Shown piece after piece: positions 10,230 to 19,094 of a stretch of 64,000 nucleotides of DNA. The DNA is from Pseudomonas phage vB_Paer_PsCh. A program made the position numbers and the translations under genes. Below the pieces are notes generated by a model that was not told where the DNA came from, did no database searches, and saw only the letters and a list, made by a program, of their open reading frames with translations. Position 1 is the stretch's first letter. Each line of letters opens with the position of its first letter. The DNA is taken from the sequence record OM870969.1; one strand, written 5' to 3'.

Positions 10230-10708
10230 TGGCTAACACGGTATTGACATATAGCCCATCTGATGTTAAAATTGTCCTTTGTGGGTATGCTCTCACTGGT
10301 GTAGTTTCTTTCGAAATGTCTTGGCTTTCGAGACCCTACACAATGGTTCGAGGAATCAGAGGGCACCACACCCGGGTCTTCAATAGAGACCTTTCTGCGC
10401 AGATTAGAATCGAGGTTCTTCAGACTTCGGTGTCTAATGATGCATTCTTCTCGCTAGTAGAGCAAGACCGAAGAACACAATCCGCCCGAATCACCTTGTC
10501 TGTCAAGGATACCCACGGTAGCACCATGATGAGCACAGACAACGCTTATGTCAATGGCTACCCTAGCATAACATTCACCGATGGAATCGAGAACAGGGTC
10601 TGGACTATTGATGTTCTGGACTGGACCGATGGCACGGTAGGCGGAAACCAGCAAGTCGGCTTCGACGTGTTTGGAACTGTTCAAGGCGCTCTTAGCTACC
10701 TCAGATAA
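10229..10708 (+). CDS. tail tube-like protein (paralog 3)
   Basis: 159 aa, ATGA overlap with paralog 2. Homologous blocks (TYSPSDVKIV, LQTSVSNDAFFSLVEQD). Confidence 0.5.
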   Translation: MANTVLTYSPSDVKIVLCGYALTGVVSFEMSWLSRPYTMVRGIRGHHTRVFNRDLSAQIRIEVLQTSVSNDAFFSLVEQDRRTQSARITLSVKDTHGSTMMSTDNAYVNGYPSITFTDGIENRVWTIDVLDWTDGTVGGNQQVGFDVFGTVQGALSYLR

Positions 10709-10721
10709 ATAAGGAGTATTT

Positions 10722-11093
10722 ATGTTCGGAAACCAACGTACTGTCATCCACAATGGGACAGAATACACTATCAACCTTCTGCCAGCAACTCGCGGTATCA
10801 GCGTACTGAAGCAGCTAACCAGCTTGCTGGGTCCATCCCTTGCCAAGTATCAAGCTGACCACGACTTCTCTGGAGCCATGAAAGAACTGTTCGATAACAT
10901 CGACAAGGTTCCTGTTGAGAATTTGATCCAGAATCTGATGCTGACAGTTTTCAAAGGTTCGATGGCAATCAATTTCGACACCGAATTCGCTGGCAAGTAT
11001 GACCTGCTGTACGCACTCACAAAAGACGTGATCGAGTTCAACTTCGGCTCGGTTTTTTCTCTAATCGGTTTCGCAGAGGCACCGACGGTATAA
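10722..11093 (+). CDS. tail assembly chaperone (gpG-like)
   Basis: 123-aa acidic ORF between tube and tape measure genes, RBS AAGGAG. Confidence 0.55.
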   Translation: MFGNQRTVIHNGTEYTINLLPATRGISVLKQLTSLLGPSLAKYQADHDFSGAMKELFDNIDKVPVENLIQNLMLTVFKGSMAINFDTEFAGKYDLLYALTKDVIEFNFGSVFSLIGFAEAPTV

Positions 11094-11353
11094 AGACCGG
11101 GGATGGGCAGTCCGAGACTTCAGTCACTACTGATCGAGTTCAGAGTGATCGGAGGGTTAGGGAGGCCCACCAGAAGTTCTCGCAGCATTGGGAGATTTAT
11201 GTGGCTATCACTCACCCTCTCAAGCTAACGACGTATGGGGAACTGAGTACAGTCCTCACTACAGAAGATTTGTACAACATCCTTGAGGTTATAGACGTTC
11301 ACGATACTATCACTCAAGTGGCAAAAGAACACGCAGAGGCTGATAAGAAATGA
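10722..11353 (+). CDS. tail assembly chaperone -1 frameshift fusion product (gpGT-like), predicted
   Basis: The -1 frame is open with no stop from about 11042 to a TGA at 11351-11353 that overlaps the tape measure ATG (AATGA). A T6 run, GGTTTTTTC at 11051-11059, lies in the 0 frame near the chaperone's 3' end. The 257-nt stretch otherwise has no annotated ORF. Confidence 0.4.
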
Positions 11354-13716
11354 TTACAGAAAGGATTGCCCAGCTAACTGGGGAACTTAAATTTACAGTC
11401 GATTCCCGGCCTCTCACTGCTTTTGACAAGAAGCTCGCTGGGGTCGAAGCCCGGCTAAGAGAATTCTCCAAGCTGACGAACAAGCGGTTTGGAGTTAAGC
11501 TAACTCTAGATACAAAAACTCTGAGAGAGGAGCTTGCCAAGGCAGCCACTCAAAGGGTAGTCTTGAAGAACATCGCGGTAGATGCTGCCGCTGTTCGTCT
11601 TATCTCTGAGAAGCTTCAAGAAAGACTGAATGCAACGCCGATCAGGTTGAAGTCTGTTAGGCTAGACCTTAGCGGTATCCGAGATCAGAAAAACTTCGTA
11701 AAGACGGCTCTCGGCCAGACCAAGGTCGATCTACCGGTTGAACTGGGCTTGGCTCAGGCTAGCCGTACGCTGTATGAATGGAAGAAGCGCACAGAGAGTC
11801 GTTTTAAAATTCATCTGAATGCAGACATTAGCCGCTCTAAATTGCTCCAGAATGCACGAAACACACTAAGGGATGTGCAGGGTAGGCTAAACGGTCTTGC
11901 TGTCGCTACGCCTCAAATTAGGCTGTCTGTAGACCGTGCCCATCTTCGTAGAGAGATTCAAGATGTTCTTGAGCAAATCAGACGCGAAGTGAGAATCCGC
12001 ATTGACCTAGAGTCTTCCATCCGAGGAGGTGGTGCAGGTGGATCGAGAGGTACTGCCGGCCATATCCGTCAAGGTATGGGAATGGGGATTGGTAGCGAGC
12101 TAGCCGGGTGGGGACGCGGGTTTATTCCCGGCCTTGGTGGTGCGTTCGCTATTATGCAGCTTAACCGTGCTAACCAAGAACTGCAAGGTCAACGTCTGGC
12201 CATGCAAGCTGTCGGTGGTGGAGTACAGGGTGGTCAAGAGCTACAAGCCACCCTCCGCGATATCTCTCAGCGTCTCGGTCTTGACGATAGAGCAATAGGT
12301 AGCTCCTATGTTAAGATGATGGCTGCCGGACAAGCATCCAACTTCGACAAAACACAGGTTGACGGCATCTTCCAATCCATGGCTGAATATGGACGAGTGA
12401 TGGGTCTGGATGGCGAGGCCATGAAAGGCTCCTTCCGTGCCGTAGAACAGATGATGGGTAAAGGACAAATCATGTCCGAAGAATTGAAAGGTCAGTTGGC
12501 CGAACGATTCCCTGCGGCTGTAGCCCTGATGGCTAAGTCTCAGGATATGTCTATCGCTGAGCTAATGAAAACCATGGAGAAAGGGGAGCTTAAGAGTGAT
12601 GCTCTGATCCCATTCGCCAGAACTCTAGCGGAAGAAGCTCGTAAAGGTGGCGCTCTGGACGCGGCTATGCAAGGTACAGCCGCTCAGCAGGGCCGATTCC
12701 AGTTCGGATGGAACCGCACTATCGAGGCCTTCGCGGCTGGAGGATTCGACCGAGGAATGAGCGACTTCTTCAAGATTGCTGCCCAAGGCATGCAAGACGC
12801 CCTACCACTTGTTACCGCTCTAGGTGGTGGATTCGAAGCGCTTATGCGTCCAGTCAACGCTCTCGTCGGAATTGGCGGGGAACTAGGTTCGCAATGGGAG
12901 AAAATTGCCAATCAGTTCAACTTGACTGGAACTGGACTGACGCTGACGACTGCTCAAACTCTAGCACTTCTAACCCCTATGGGCCGACTGGTTTCTGCCA
13001 TTAGCTGGGGTGCGTTGGCACTGGAAGACTTCATTGTCTTCTTGGAAGGCGGTGATTCGGTGTTCGGGGACTTCTTGAACAACAACGTACAAGCTGCCGA
13101 GACATTCGAAAAGCTAGCCAGTGAATCCAGTGAACTGAAGAACAATCTCGACGGTATCTTCTCTGTTGTCCCGGGGCTAGCTGAAGCGCTCAAAGGTCTA
13201 GAGTTCAATGAAATGCTGGTCAGCACGATGAGAGAACTTGCTGCCATCATGGAGTTCTTCAACAGTGTTGTAGAGAGATTCGCAATAGCCGGCAAGTACA
13301 GGGACGCTAAGATTGCTGAAGCCGGAGGAGACAGAAGTACTATAATGTCGAACATCGACACGATGTACGCTATGTTCAATCCGGAAGATGCAAAAGACAA
13401 GGCCACCTTCATCGGTGACAGGCTAGTAGCTCAGAACATTGACGCGATCCAGACAGAGACTCATACCCGTGCAACCCAGTCCTTGACTCCAGACCAGTTT
13501 GGGTATATGATGCAACGTGGTCAAGTTAGAAACGAAATGGAGGGTGCCCTCAAGAAGAGTGCCATTGACATTAGTTTCAACCTCAATGTTTCTGGTATCG
13601 ATGCTCAGGGTAACGTCATGACAACTGAAGCGCAAGAGCGAGTACGAGAGATCGTTAGTAACGTTCTTGAGGAAGAAATCTCCAGAGCTTCGGCAAGTTA
13701 TAAGGAATCCCAATGA
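11350..13716 (+). CDS. tail tape measure protein
   Basis: 788 aa with a long predicted coiled-coil/helical N-half and Gly/Ala-rich segments. Canonical position after the chaperone. Confidence 0.8.
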   Translation: MITERIAQLTGELKFTVDSRPLTAFDKKLAGVEARLREFSKLTNKRFGVKLTLDTKTLREELAKAATQRVVLKNIAVDAAAVRLISEKLQERLNATPIRLKSVRLDLSGIRDQKNFVKTALGQTKVDLPVELGLAQASRTLYEWKKRTESRFKIHLNADISRSKLLQNARNTLRDVQGRLNGLAVATPQIRLSVDRAHLRREIQDVLEQIRREVRIRIDLESSIRGGGAGGSRGTAGHIRQGMGMGIGSELAGWGRGFIPGLGGAFAIMQLNRANQELQGQRLAMQAVGGGVQGGQELQATLRDISQRLGLDDRAIGSSYVKMMAAGQASNFDKTQVDGIFQSMAEYGRVMGLDGEAMKGSFRAVEQMMGKGQIMSEELKGQLAERFPAAVALMAKSQDMSIAELMKTMEKGELKSDALIPFARTLAEEARKGGALDAAMQGTAAQQGRFQFGWNRTIEAFAAGGFDRGMSDFFKIAAQGMQDALPLVTALGGGFEALMRPVNALVGIGGELGSQWEKIANQFNLTGTGLTLTTAQTLALLTPMGRLVSAISWGALALEDFIVFLEGGDSVFGDFLNNNVQAAETFEKLASESSELKNNLDGIFSVVPGLAEALKGLEFNEMLVSTMRELAAIMEFFNSVVERFAIAGKYRDAKIAEAGGDRSTIMSNIDTMYAMFNPEDAKDKATFIGDRLVAQNIDAIQTETHTRATQSLTPDQFGYMMQRGQVRNEMEGALKKSAIDISFNLNVSGIDAQGNVMTTEAQERVREIVSNVLEEEISRASASYKESQ

Positions 13717-14474
13717 CAATTGCTATCAAAAGAGAGAACGGAGACCTAATCTGGTTCGACGCTGTTACAGAGTTCGGAAGACAGTACCGTGGCTCTGTGA
13801 GTTCCAACCCAATCGAAACGGGAGGAAAAATCACAGACCACATTACTACAGAAAACCCAGTCTTCACTCTTACAGCCGTCGTATCAGACGCAGACTTCAA
13901 CTTGAACAGGCCCGTTATCAACGACAACGAGGCCCAGACATACAAGATCAACAACAAAGAGTTCGTGAATACGCAGCCGGTAACCATCCCGGCTGTTATC
14001 TCAACCTCTAGACTAGACCCTAGCAGAATCTTTCCAGAAGTTATCACTCAGTTTATTCCTCCTGAGATTCCTTCTGCAACTGTCCTCCCTCAAAAGGGTG
14101 ATAAAGTCGCTTATGATATTGAGCGCCAACTGATCGACATGCAGCGTAATGCTGAGGTCTTCAGTTTGCTGGACTTCCGAGACGGTATCATCTGGGATCA
14201 AATCGAAAGATGCATCTTCACCGACTTGTCTTTCACTGAAAACGCCGAGACAGGTAGCAGCCTTCAACCCCGTATGACAATCGAGGCTGTGACATTCACA
14301 GACACTCGTTATATCGAGGTTAGGGTTAACAAGGGTAGAAAGACCGCTAAGAAAGAAAAGAGAGACACCAAAGAAGGTGATACCGGGGCTAGCAATGCAA
14401 CCGGGCAAGACTCTCCTACATTCAAGCGTAGTCAAATGAAAGAGGCTCAGATTAGAACTCAGGTTGCGAGGTAG
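13713..14474 (+). CDS. tail/baseplate-associated protein
   Basis: 253-aa ORF overlapping the tape measure stop; first gene of the baseplate module. Function unassigned. Confidence 0.35.
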   Translation: MTIAIKRENGDLIWFDAVTEFGRQYRGSVSSNPIETGGKITDHITTENPVFTLTAVVSDADFNLNRPVINDNEAQTYKINNKEFVNTQPVTIPAVISTSRLDPSRIFPEVITQFIPPEIPSATVLPQKGDKVAYDIERQLIDMQRNAEVFSLLDFRDGIIWDQIERCIFTDLSFTENAETGSSLQPRMTIEAVTFTDTRYIEVRVNKGRKTAKKEKRDTKEGDTGASNATGQDSPTFKRSQMKEAQIRTQVAR

Positions 14475-14479
14475 ACTAA

Positions 14480-14836
14480 ATGAGCACGACTTATATCGAC
14501 ACACTTCCTCTTTACCAAGATCGGAAGTACAGATACGCAGTAGCTATCGAGGGAATCTCAAGAGTCCTTCAATTCTACTGGAATAGCCGCTCTCGGCAGT
14601 GGCACATGGATATATTCGACGAGGAACTCAACCCTATCCTGACAGGACTGGCGGTTGTTCCTCAGTATCCGATTATGGCAGATTACGCCATGCAACATAT
14701 AGGTTTCAATGGCTACTTCCTGCTGATGCCTGTCAACCTAGAACAGGTGCAGTATAAGCACGATGCAAGTGACATTGTACCACAGTTTTTCGAACTGCTA
14801 TACGTAAACGTTGACTTGGAGGATGACGTAGAGTGA
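14480..14836 (+). CDS. baseplate module protein
   Basis: 118-aa ORF translationally coupled to the hub gene. Confidence 0.35.
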   Translation: MSTTYIDTLPLYQDRKYRYAVAIEGISRVLQFYWNSRSRQWHMDIFDEELNPILTGLAVVPQYPIMADYAMQHIGFNGYFLLMPVNLEQVQYKHDASDIVPQFFELLYVNVDLEDDVE

Positions 14837-15750
14837 AACAATATGACAGAGTGTATAAACTAACGCTCGGTAATACTGAGTCCGGGCAAGGTGTAGAGAT
14901 TACAAACCTCCACCCTGACGGAAGTTTGAACAGAGAGGGACTTCAGTTCCGGTTCGATATCTCTAAAAGTTCAGATAACAAGAAGAGCGGAAACTCGGCT
15001 ACTGTTGAGATATACAATCTGTCGATTGCAACTCTAAACCTTCTTGAAACCGAATACCTTACTTGCAGACTAGAAGTGGGGTATAAAGAAGCTGGAACTT
15101 CCGTTGTTCTAGATGGTAATGTTGTCGAAACATCCACAAGAAAGAGTGGAAACGACTACGTGACTCAGCTTATTCTTGGTGAGGGTTACACTGCTCTAAC
15201 TGAGACTAAGCTGAAGGGCACAGTATCTCCGGGCAAAACTGTAAAGGATGTTATCGAAGAGATTCGTCTTCAAATGCCGGGAGTGGACAGAGGAGCTTAT
15301 ACAGGCCTCAATTGCAATAACCCGATCATGTACGGCTATCAACTCCGTGGTCTGGCCAAAGACGCTCTAAACAGCGTGTGTGAAGCCAACAATATTGAAT
15401 GGAACATCAGTGGAAACGTTCTAAACGTCACAGACGTTAACGGACCAACAACGAAGAGTGTTCAAATGGCTCCTCTCGTAAACAGAGAGACCGGCCTGAT
15501 TGATATTCCATTCTACGCCAGTGCCAGCGGAACAGCACAGAAGAAAGACCAGCGGAGACGGCGAGGCGTTCAATTCAAATGCCTTCTCAATCCTGAGCTA
15601 ACTCCCGGGGTTCTTGTCCGGGTAGAATCGGACAGACTGTCGGGCACTTTTAGAATCAACAACGTCCGAATCTCGGGCGGATACAGAGACAACGAATGGT
15701 ACACTGAATGCTGGTGTTCCGATCTTAACCAAGAGGATATTGACCAATGA
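14833..15750 (+). CDS. baseplate hub protein (Mu gp44 / P2 gpD-like)
   Basis: 305 aa. The N-terminal pattern VYKLTLGN..GVEITNL..LQFRFDISKS..NSATVEIYNLS is typical of the hub/late-control-D family. Precedes the gpV-like spike. Confidence 0.5.
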   Translation: MKQYDRVYKLTLGNTESGQGVEITNLHPDGSLNREGLQFRFDISKSSDNKKSGNSATVEIYNLSIATLNLLETEYLTCRLEVGYKEAGTSVVLDGNVVETSTRKSGNDYVTQLILGEGYTALTETKLKGTVSPGKTVKDVIEEIRLQMPGVDRGAYTGLNCNNPIMYGYQLRGLAKDALNSVCEANNIEWNISGNVLNVTDVNGPTTKSVQMAPLVNRETGLIDIPFYASASGTAQKKDQRRRRGVQFKCLLNPELTPGVLVRVESDRLSGTFRINNVRISGGYRDNEWYTECWCSDLNQEDIDQ

Positions 15751-16487
15751 GGAGAACAGGCCTACAAGAGCTTCTGAACCTGCACTCGTCCACGGAAGGC
15801 TCGAAGCAGTACACTGCCATACCTTGTGTGGTATTGCGCGTTCTGGACGATTTTAGACGCCTCTCTGTCGATGTTAGACCAGTGGTCAACGACCTATACA
15901 AAGACGGCACATCGGAAGAGCAACCAGAGATTCTATCTGTCCCTGTCATTATGCCGGGAACAGCTAACACACTTATTAGTTTCCCATTGAATGTCGGGGA
16001 CACGGTGTTGTGTGTATTCTCTCAAAGAACTATGGACGTGTTTAAAGGCTCTGCCACTGGGCAGCCTCACACTCCAAACGATCTTCGTAAGTTCAACATG
16101 GCGGATGCCATTGCCATTCCCGGGCTGTTCACATTCCCTAGATCGATGAACGACCCTGCAAGACACAGTTGGCCGCACGATACCAAAGACCTCACTATTG
16201 CCCACAACCTGATGACTGGACAAGAGGCCGAGGTTAGGATCAAAGCCAATGGAGATATTCTAATCAACAGCCGTAAGACTATAAGCATTAATGCTCAAAA
16301 TGTCAACGTAAAGTGCGCTTCCCTCACTGTTGATGCAGCCCATACAACATGGAACGGGAACATTGCACATACAGGTAACTACGTGCAGACTGGTGGAACC
16401 TCTACATTCAACGGTATTCCATTCCACACTCACAAACACGGCGGTGTTATGCCGGGCGGTGGTGTTACTGCTGTCCCACAAGCTTAA
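15747..16487 (+). CDS. baseplate central spike (gpV / Mu gp45-like)
   Basis: 246 aa. OB-fold-like N-terminal region (VVLRVLDDFRRLSVDVRPVVND..) and C-terminal Gly-rich tip (HTGNYVQTGGTSTFNGIPFHTHKHGG), typical of Phage_base_V. Confidence 0.6.
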   Translation: MRRTGLQELLNLHSSTEGSKQYTAIPCVVLRVLDDFRRLSVDVRPVVNDLYKDGTSEEQPEILSVPVIMPGTANTLISFPLNVGDTVLCVFSQRTMDVFKGSATGQPHTPNDLRKFNMADAIAIPGLFTFPRSMNDPARHSWPHDTKDLTIAHNLMTGQEAEVRIKANGDILINSRKTISINAQNVNVKCASLTVDAAHTTWNGNIAHTGNYVQTGGTSTFNGIPFHTHKHGGVMPGGGVTAVPQA

Positions 16488-16497
16488 AGGAGATCAT

Positions 16498-16869
16498 ATG
16501 GACTTGTTTGTCAACCCCGACACACATGACTTGGTTTTTATAAATGGTGAAGCTCCAGTCACTCAACGAATGGTTGATATTGTTGCTCAGCGACTAAAGA
16601 TCAAACTGTACACATTCCTAGGTGAGTGGTTCTTGGATGATAGGATCGGCATCCCCTACTTCGAGAGGATTCTTGGTAAGTCTAGGAGCCTTCCCGCTGT
16701 TGACGCGATATTCCAATCTGAGATTATGAGAGACCCCGGCGTCCTTGAGATTACATCTTGGCAGTCGGGGATCGACCCTCACACACGTGAATACTCCATG
16801 GAGTTCACAGTCAGAACCACAGACAATACAGAATCCCTTCCCATCACTTTCAGAATGATAGGAGTTTAA
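16498..16869 (+). CDS. baseplate wedge protein (gp25 / gpW-like)
   Basis: 123 aa from the ATG at 16498 (RBS AAGGAGA); the upstream in-frame extension in the ORF track is unlikely. GPW_gp25-like: MDLFVNPDTHDLVFINGEAPV..YTFLGEWFLD..GIPYFE. Confidence 0.65.
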   Translation: MDLFVNPDTHDLVFINGEAPVTQRMVDIVAQRLKIKLYTFLGEWFLDDRIGIPYFERILGKSRSLPAVDAIFQSEIMRDPGVLEITSWQSGIDPHTREYSMEFTVRTTDNTESLPITFRMIGV

Positions 16870-16870
16870 T

Positions 16871-18334
16871 ATGGCTGGAATTACAGCAGAAGGTCTAACG
16901 ATTAAAGACTTGGACCAAATCCTGACAGACTACAGAAACGTAGCCTCTCAGGTCTTCGCCGACCTAGTTTCAACTGGAGACGAAGTTGACACGTCTGGTA
17001 ACTCTGCTCTAGGCCGTCTGATCGGCGTAGTTGCTCCATCGGACGAAGCTATCTGGGAAGTTATCCAGATGGTGTATAACTCCTTCAACCCGGCAGCCGC
17101 AACTGGCGTGGCTCTGGACAACCTAGTGTCCTTCTCGGCAATTAGCCGGCATGCTGCCCGTCCGACCCGGGCTCAGGTTGTTCTAGAGGGCAACATCGAC
17201 ACCGTTATTAACTCGCCTCCCGCTAAGATGATTTCCAGCAGTACAGGCCGAGTGTTCCACCTACTACAAGGCGTGATCCTCACTCCTAAAGCTTGCTCTG
17301 GTGTTGGAATCTTCCCTCAGACAGTAGGCAACGACCTGACGTACGAGCTTAAGATGTACGTTGATGACATTAACACAACGTCTATCAAGTACACAAGTCC
17401 TGCCACTGGCACAGTAACATCCGAGTCCATCCTAGCAGGACTGGCCGCCGACGTAGCTACAAATCACGGAAATACCTTGACAAGCTACGAACAGAATGGT
17501 ATACTTTTCATAGTACCTATTGACCCATTTAACACCAAGACTTTCGAAGAAGCCTCCAACCTGAGTATTCAGAAGGTTAGAAAGCTTGGTATCGCTGTTG
17601 ACGACGTTATTGGCCCTGTGCCTCAGCAAGCTCTAGCTATCGATACGATCTCCATTCCTATTGCCGGATGGGACAGCGTTATCAACCCTGTTCCAGCTAT
17701 CACTGGCCGTCTGCGTGAGACCGACGATGAGCTTCGCGAGAGATTCCGAAACTCTAAATTCGTACAAGCCACCAACATTCTGGAGTCCCTAATCGACGGG
17801 CTGATGAACGTAGAAGGAGTCGAGGATGTTAGGATTATCGAAAACGATACAGACAACCCAGACCCAGTTCATGGAGTCCCGGGTCACTCGTTCCTTCCAA
17901 TCGTTCTTGGCGGTATTCCTACAGAGGTTGCACAGTCCATCTGGCTGAACAAGCCATTCGGGATTGGTTCTGTCGGAGATACAGAGGTTCAGGTAGTAGA
18001 CAGTCTAGGCTACACTCACAGAGTCAACTACCAGCGACCTGTCGAGGTTCCAATCGAGATCAAGATCAGTGTAACAAACACAGGATCGATGCCAGAGAAC
18101 ATTGAAGATATCCTACGGCCAAGGATTGTAGCGTACGGGACCGAGAATTACAAGATCGGAGACGACGTAATTTATTCTCGATTCTATGCTCCAATCATGG
18201 AAATCCCGGGCTTCCAAGTTAACAGCCTGACGATTGCCAAGAAAGGACAGACTCAAGGCATGGCGAACATCGAGATCGGGTTCAAAGAAGTGGCTACATT
18301 CGCCGCAGCAGATATCACCGTAACTACGGTGTAA
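16871..18334 (+). CDS. baseplate wedge protein (gpJ / Mu gp47-like)
   Basis: 487-aa ORF directly after the gp25-like gene; Baseplate_J-like size and position. Confidence 0.65.
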   Translation: MAGITAEGLTIKDLDQILTDYRNVASQVFADLVSTGDEVDTSGNSALGRLIGVVAPSDEAIWEVIQMVYNSFNPAAATGVALDNLVSFSAISRHAARPTRAQVVLEGNIDTVINSPPAKMISSSTGRVFHLLQGVILTPKACSGVGIFPQTVGNDLTYELKMYVDDINTTSIKYTSPATGTVTSESILAGLAADVATNHGNTLTSYEQNGILFIVPIDPFNTKTFEEASNLSIQKVRKLGIAVDDVIGPVPQQALAIDTISIPIAGWDSVINPVPAITGRLRETDDELRERFRNSKFVQATNILESLIDGLMNVEGVEDVRIIENDTDNPDPVHGVPGHSFLPIVLGGIPTEVAQSIWLNKPFGIGSVGDTEVQVVDSLGYTHRVNYQRPVEVPIEIKISVTNTGSMPENIEDILRPRIVAYGTENYKIGDDVIYSRFYAPIMEIPGFQVNSLTIAKKGQTQGMANIEIGFKEVATFAAADITVTTV

Positions 18335-18352
18335 TAATAGAAGGAGAATTCC

Positions 18353-19084
18353 ATGGCTGTCAACCAATTTGACAGAGAAGACTATCTGGAGGTGGCCCGG
18401 GAACGGGTCACTGAACAGTTTAAAGAGAAGCCAATCTTTGATCGCTTCCTGCAAGTGCTGTTGTCTGGTAAGTTTGATATCCAGAATGCACTGGAAGACC
18501 TCCAGACTCTCCGGTCTCTGGACACAGCCACCGGGAAGCAACTGGACATTATCGGAGACATTGTAGGGCGACCACGTGGTCTAGTGTACCAAGATATTTT
18601 CAACTATTTTGGATTCGCTGGAACAGAGCGTGCAGGTTCTTTCGGAAGCCTGTCTGACCCTACGGTCGGTGCTCCATGGTACTCGGTCGGTGCTCCAACT
18701 GGTAACGCCAGAGAGCCGAGCGACGAAGAGTATCGGATGATCCTGAAAGCAAAGATCATCAAGAACAGAACAAACTCAACCCCAGAGCAAGTTATCGAAG
18801 CTTATAAATTTGTATTCGGGGTTCCTGAAGTATTCCTAGAGGAGTACGCTCCCGCTGCTGTCCGTATCGGCATCGGTAAGATTCTAACGAACGTAGAGCG
18901 TAGTCTTCTATTCGACCTAGGTGGTGCAGGTGCATTGCTTCCTAAGACTATCGGGGTTAACTACACATACACTGAGTTCCAAGCTGGCCGGGTATTTGCT
19001 ACAGAAGGCTTCCCCGGAGGACAAGGCGTTGGAGACCTAAACGATCCCACTGTTGGTGGAATTCTGACCAACCTAGTGACATAA
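18353..19084 (+). CDS. baseplate/tail protein (P2 gpI / Mu gp48-like)
   Basis: 243-aa ORF, RBS GAAGGAG, following the J-like gene. Confidence 0.5.
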   Translation: MAVNQFDREDYLEVARERVTEQFKEKPIFDRFLQVLLSGKFDIQNALEDLQTLRSLDTATGKQLDIIGDIVGRPRGLVYQDIFNYFGFAGTERAGSFGSLSDPTVGAPWYSVGAPTGNAREPSDEEYRMILKAKIIKNRTNSTPEQVIEAYKFVFGVPEVFLEEYAPAAVRIGIGKILTNVERSLLFDLGGAGALLPKTIGVNYTYTEFQAGRVFATEGFPGGQGVGDLNDPTVGGILTNLVT

Positions 19085-19094
19085 GGAGTTATAA

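Noticed and set aside
16330-16497. Upstream extension of the gp25-like ORF (track start 16330)
   Set aside because: The extension overlaps the gpV-like gene in another frame. ATG 16498 has a canonical RBS and yields the typical roughly 120-aa gp25/W size.
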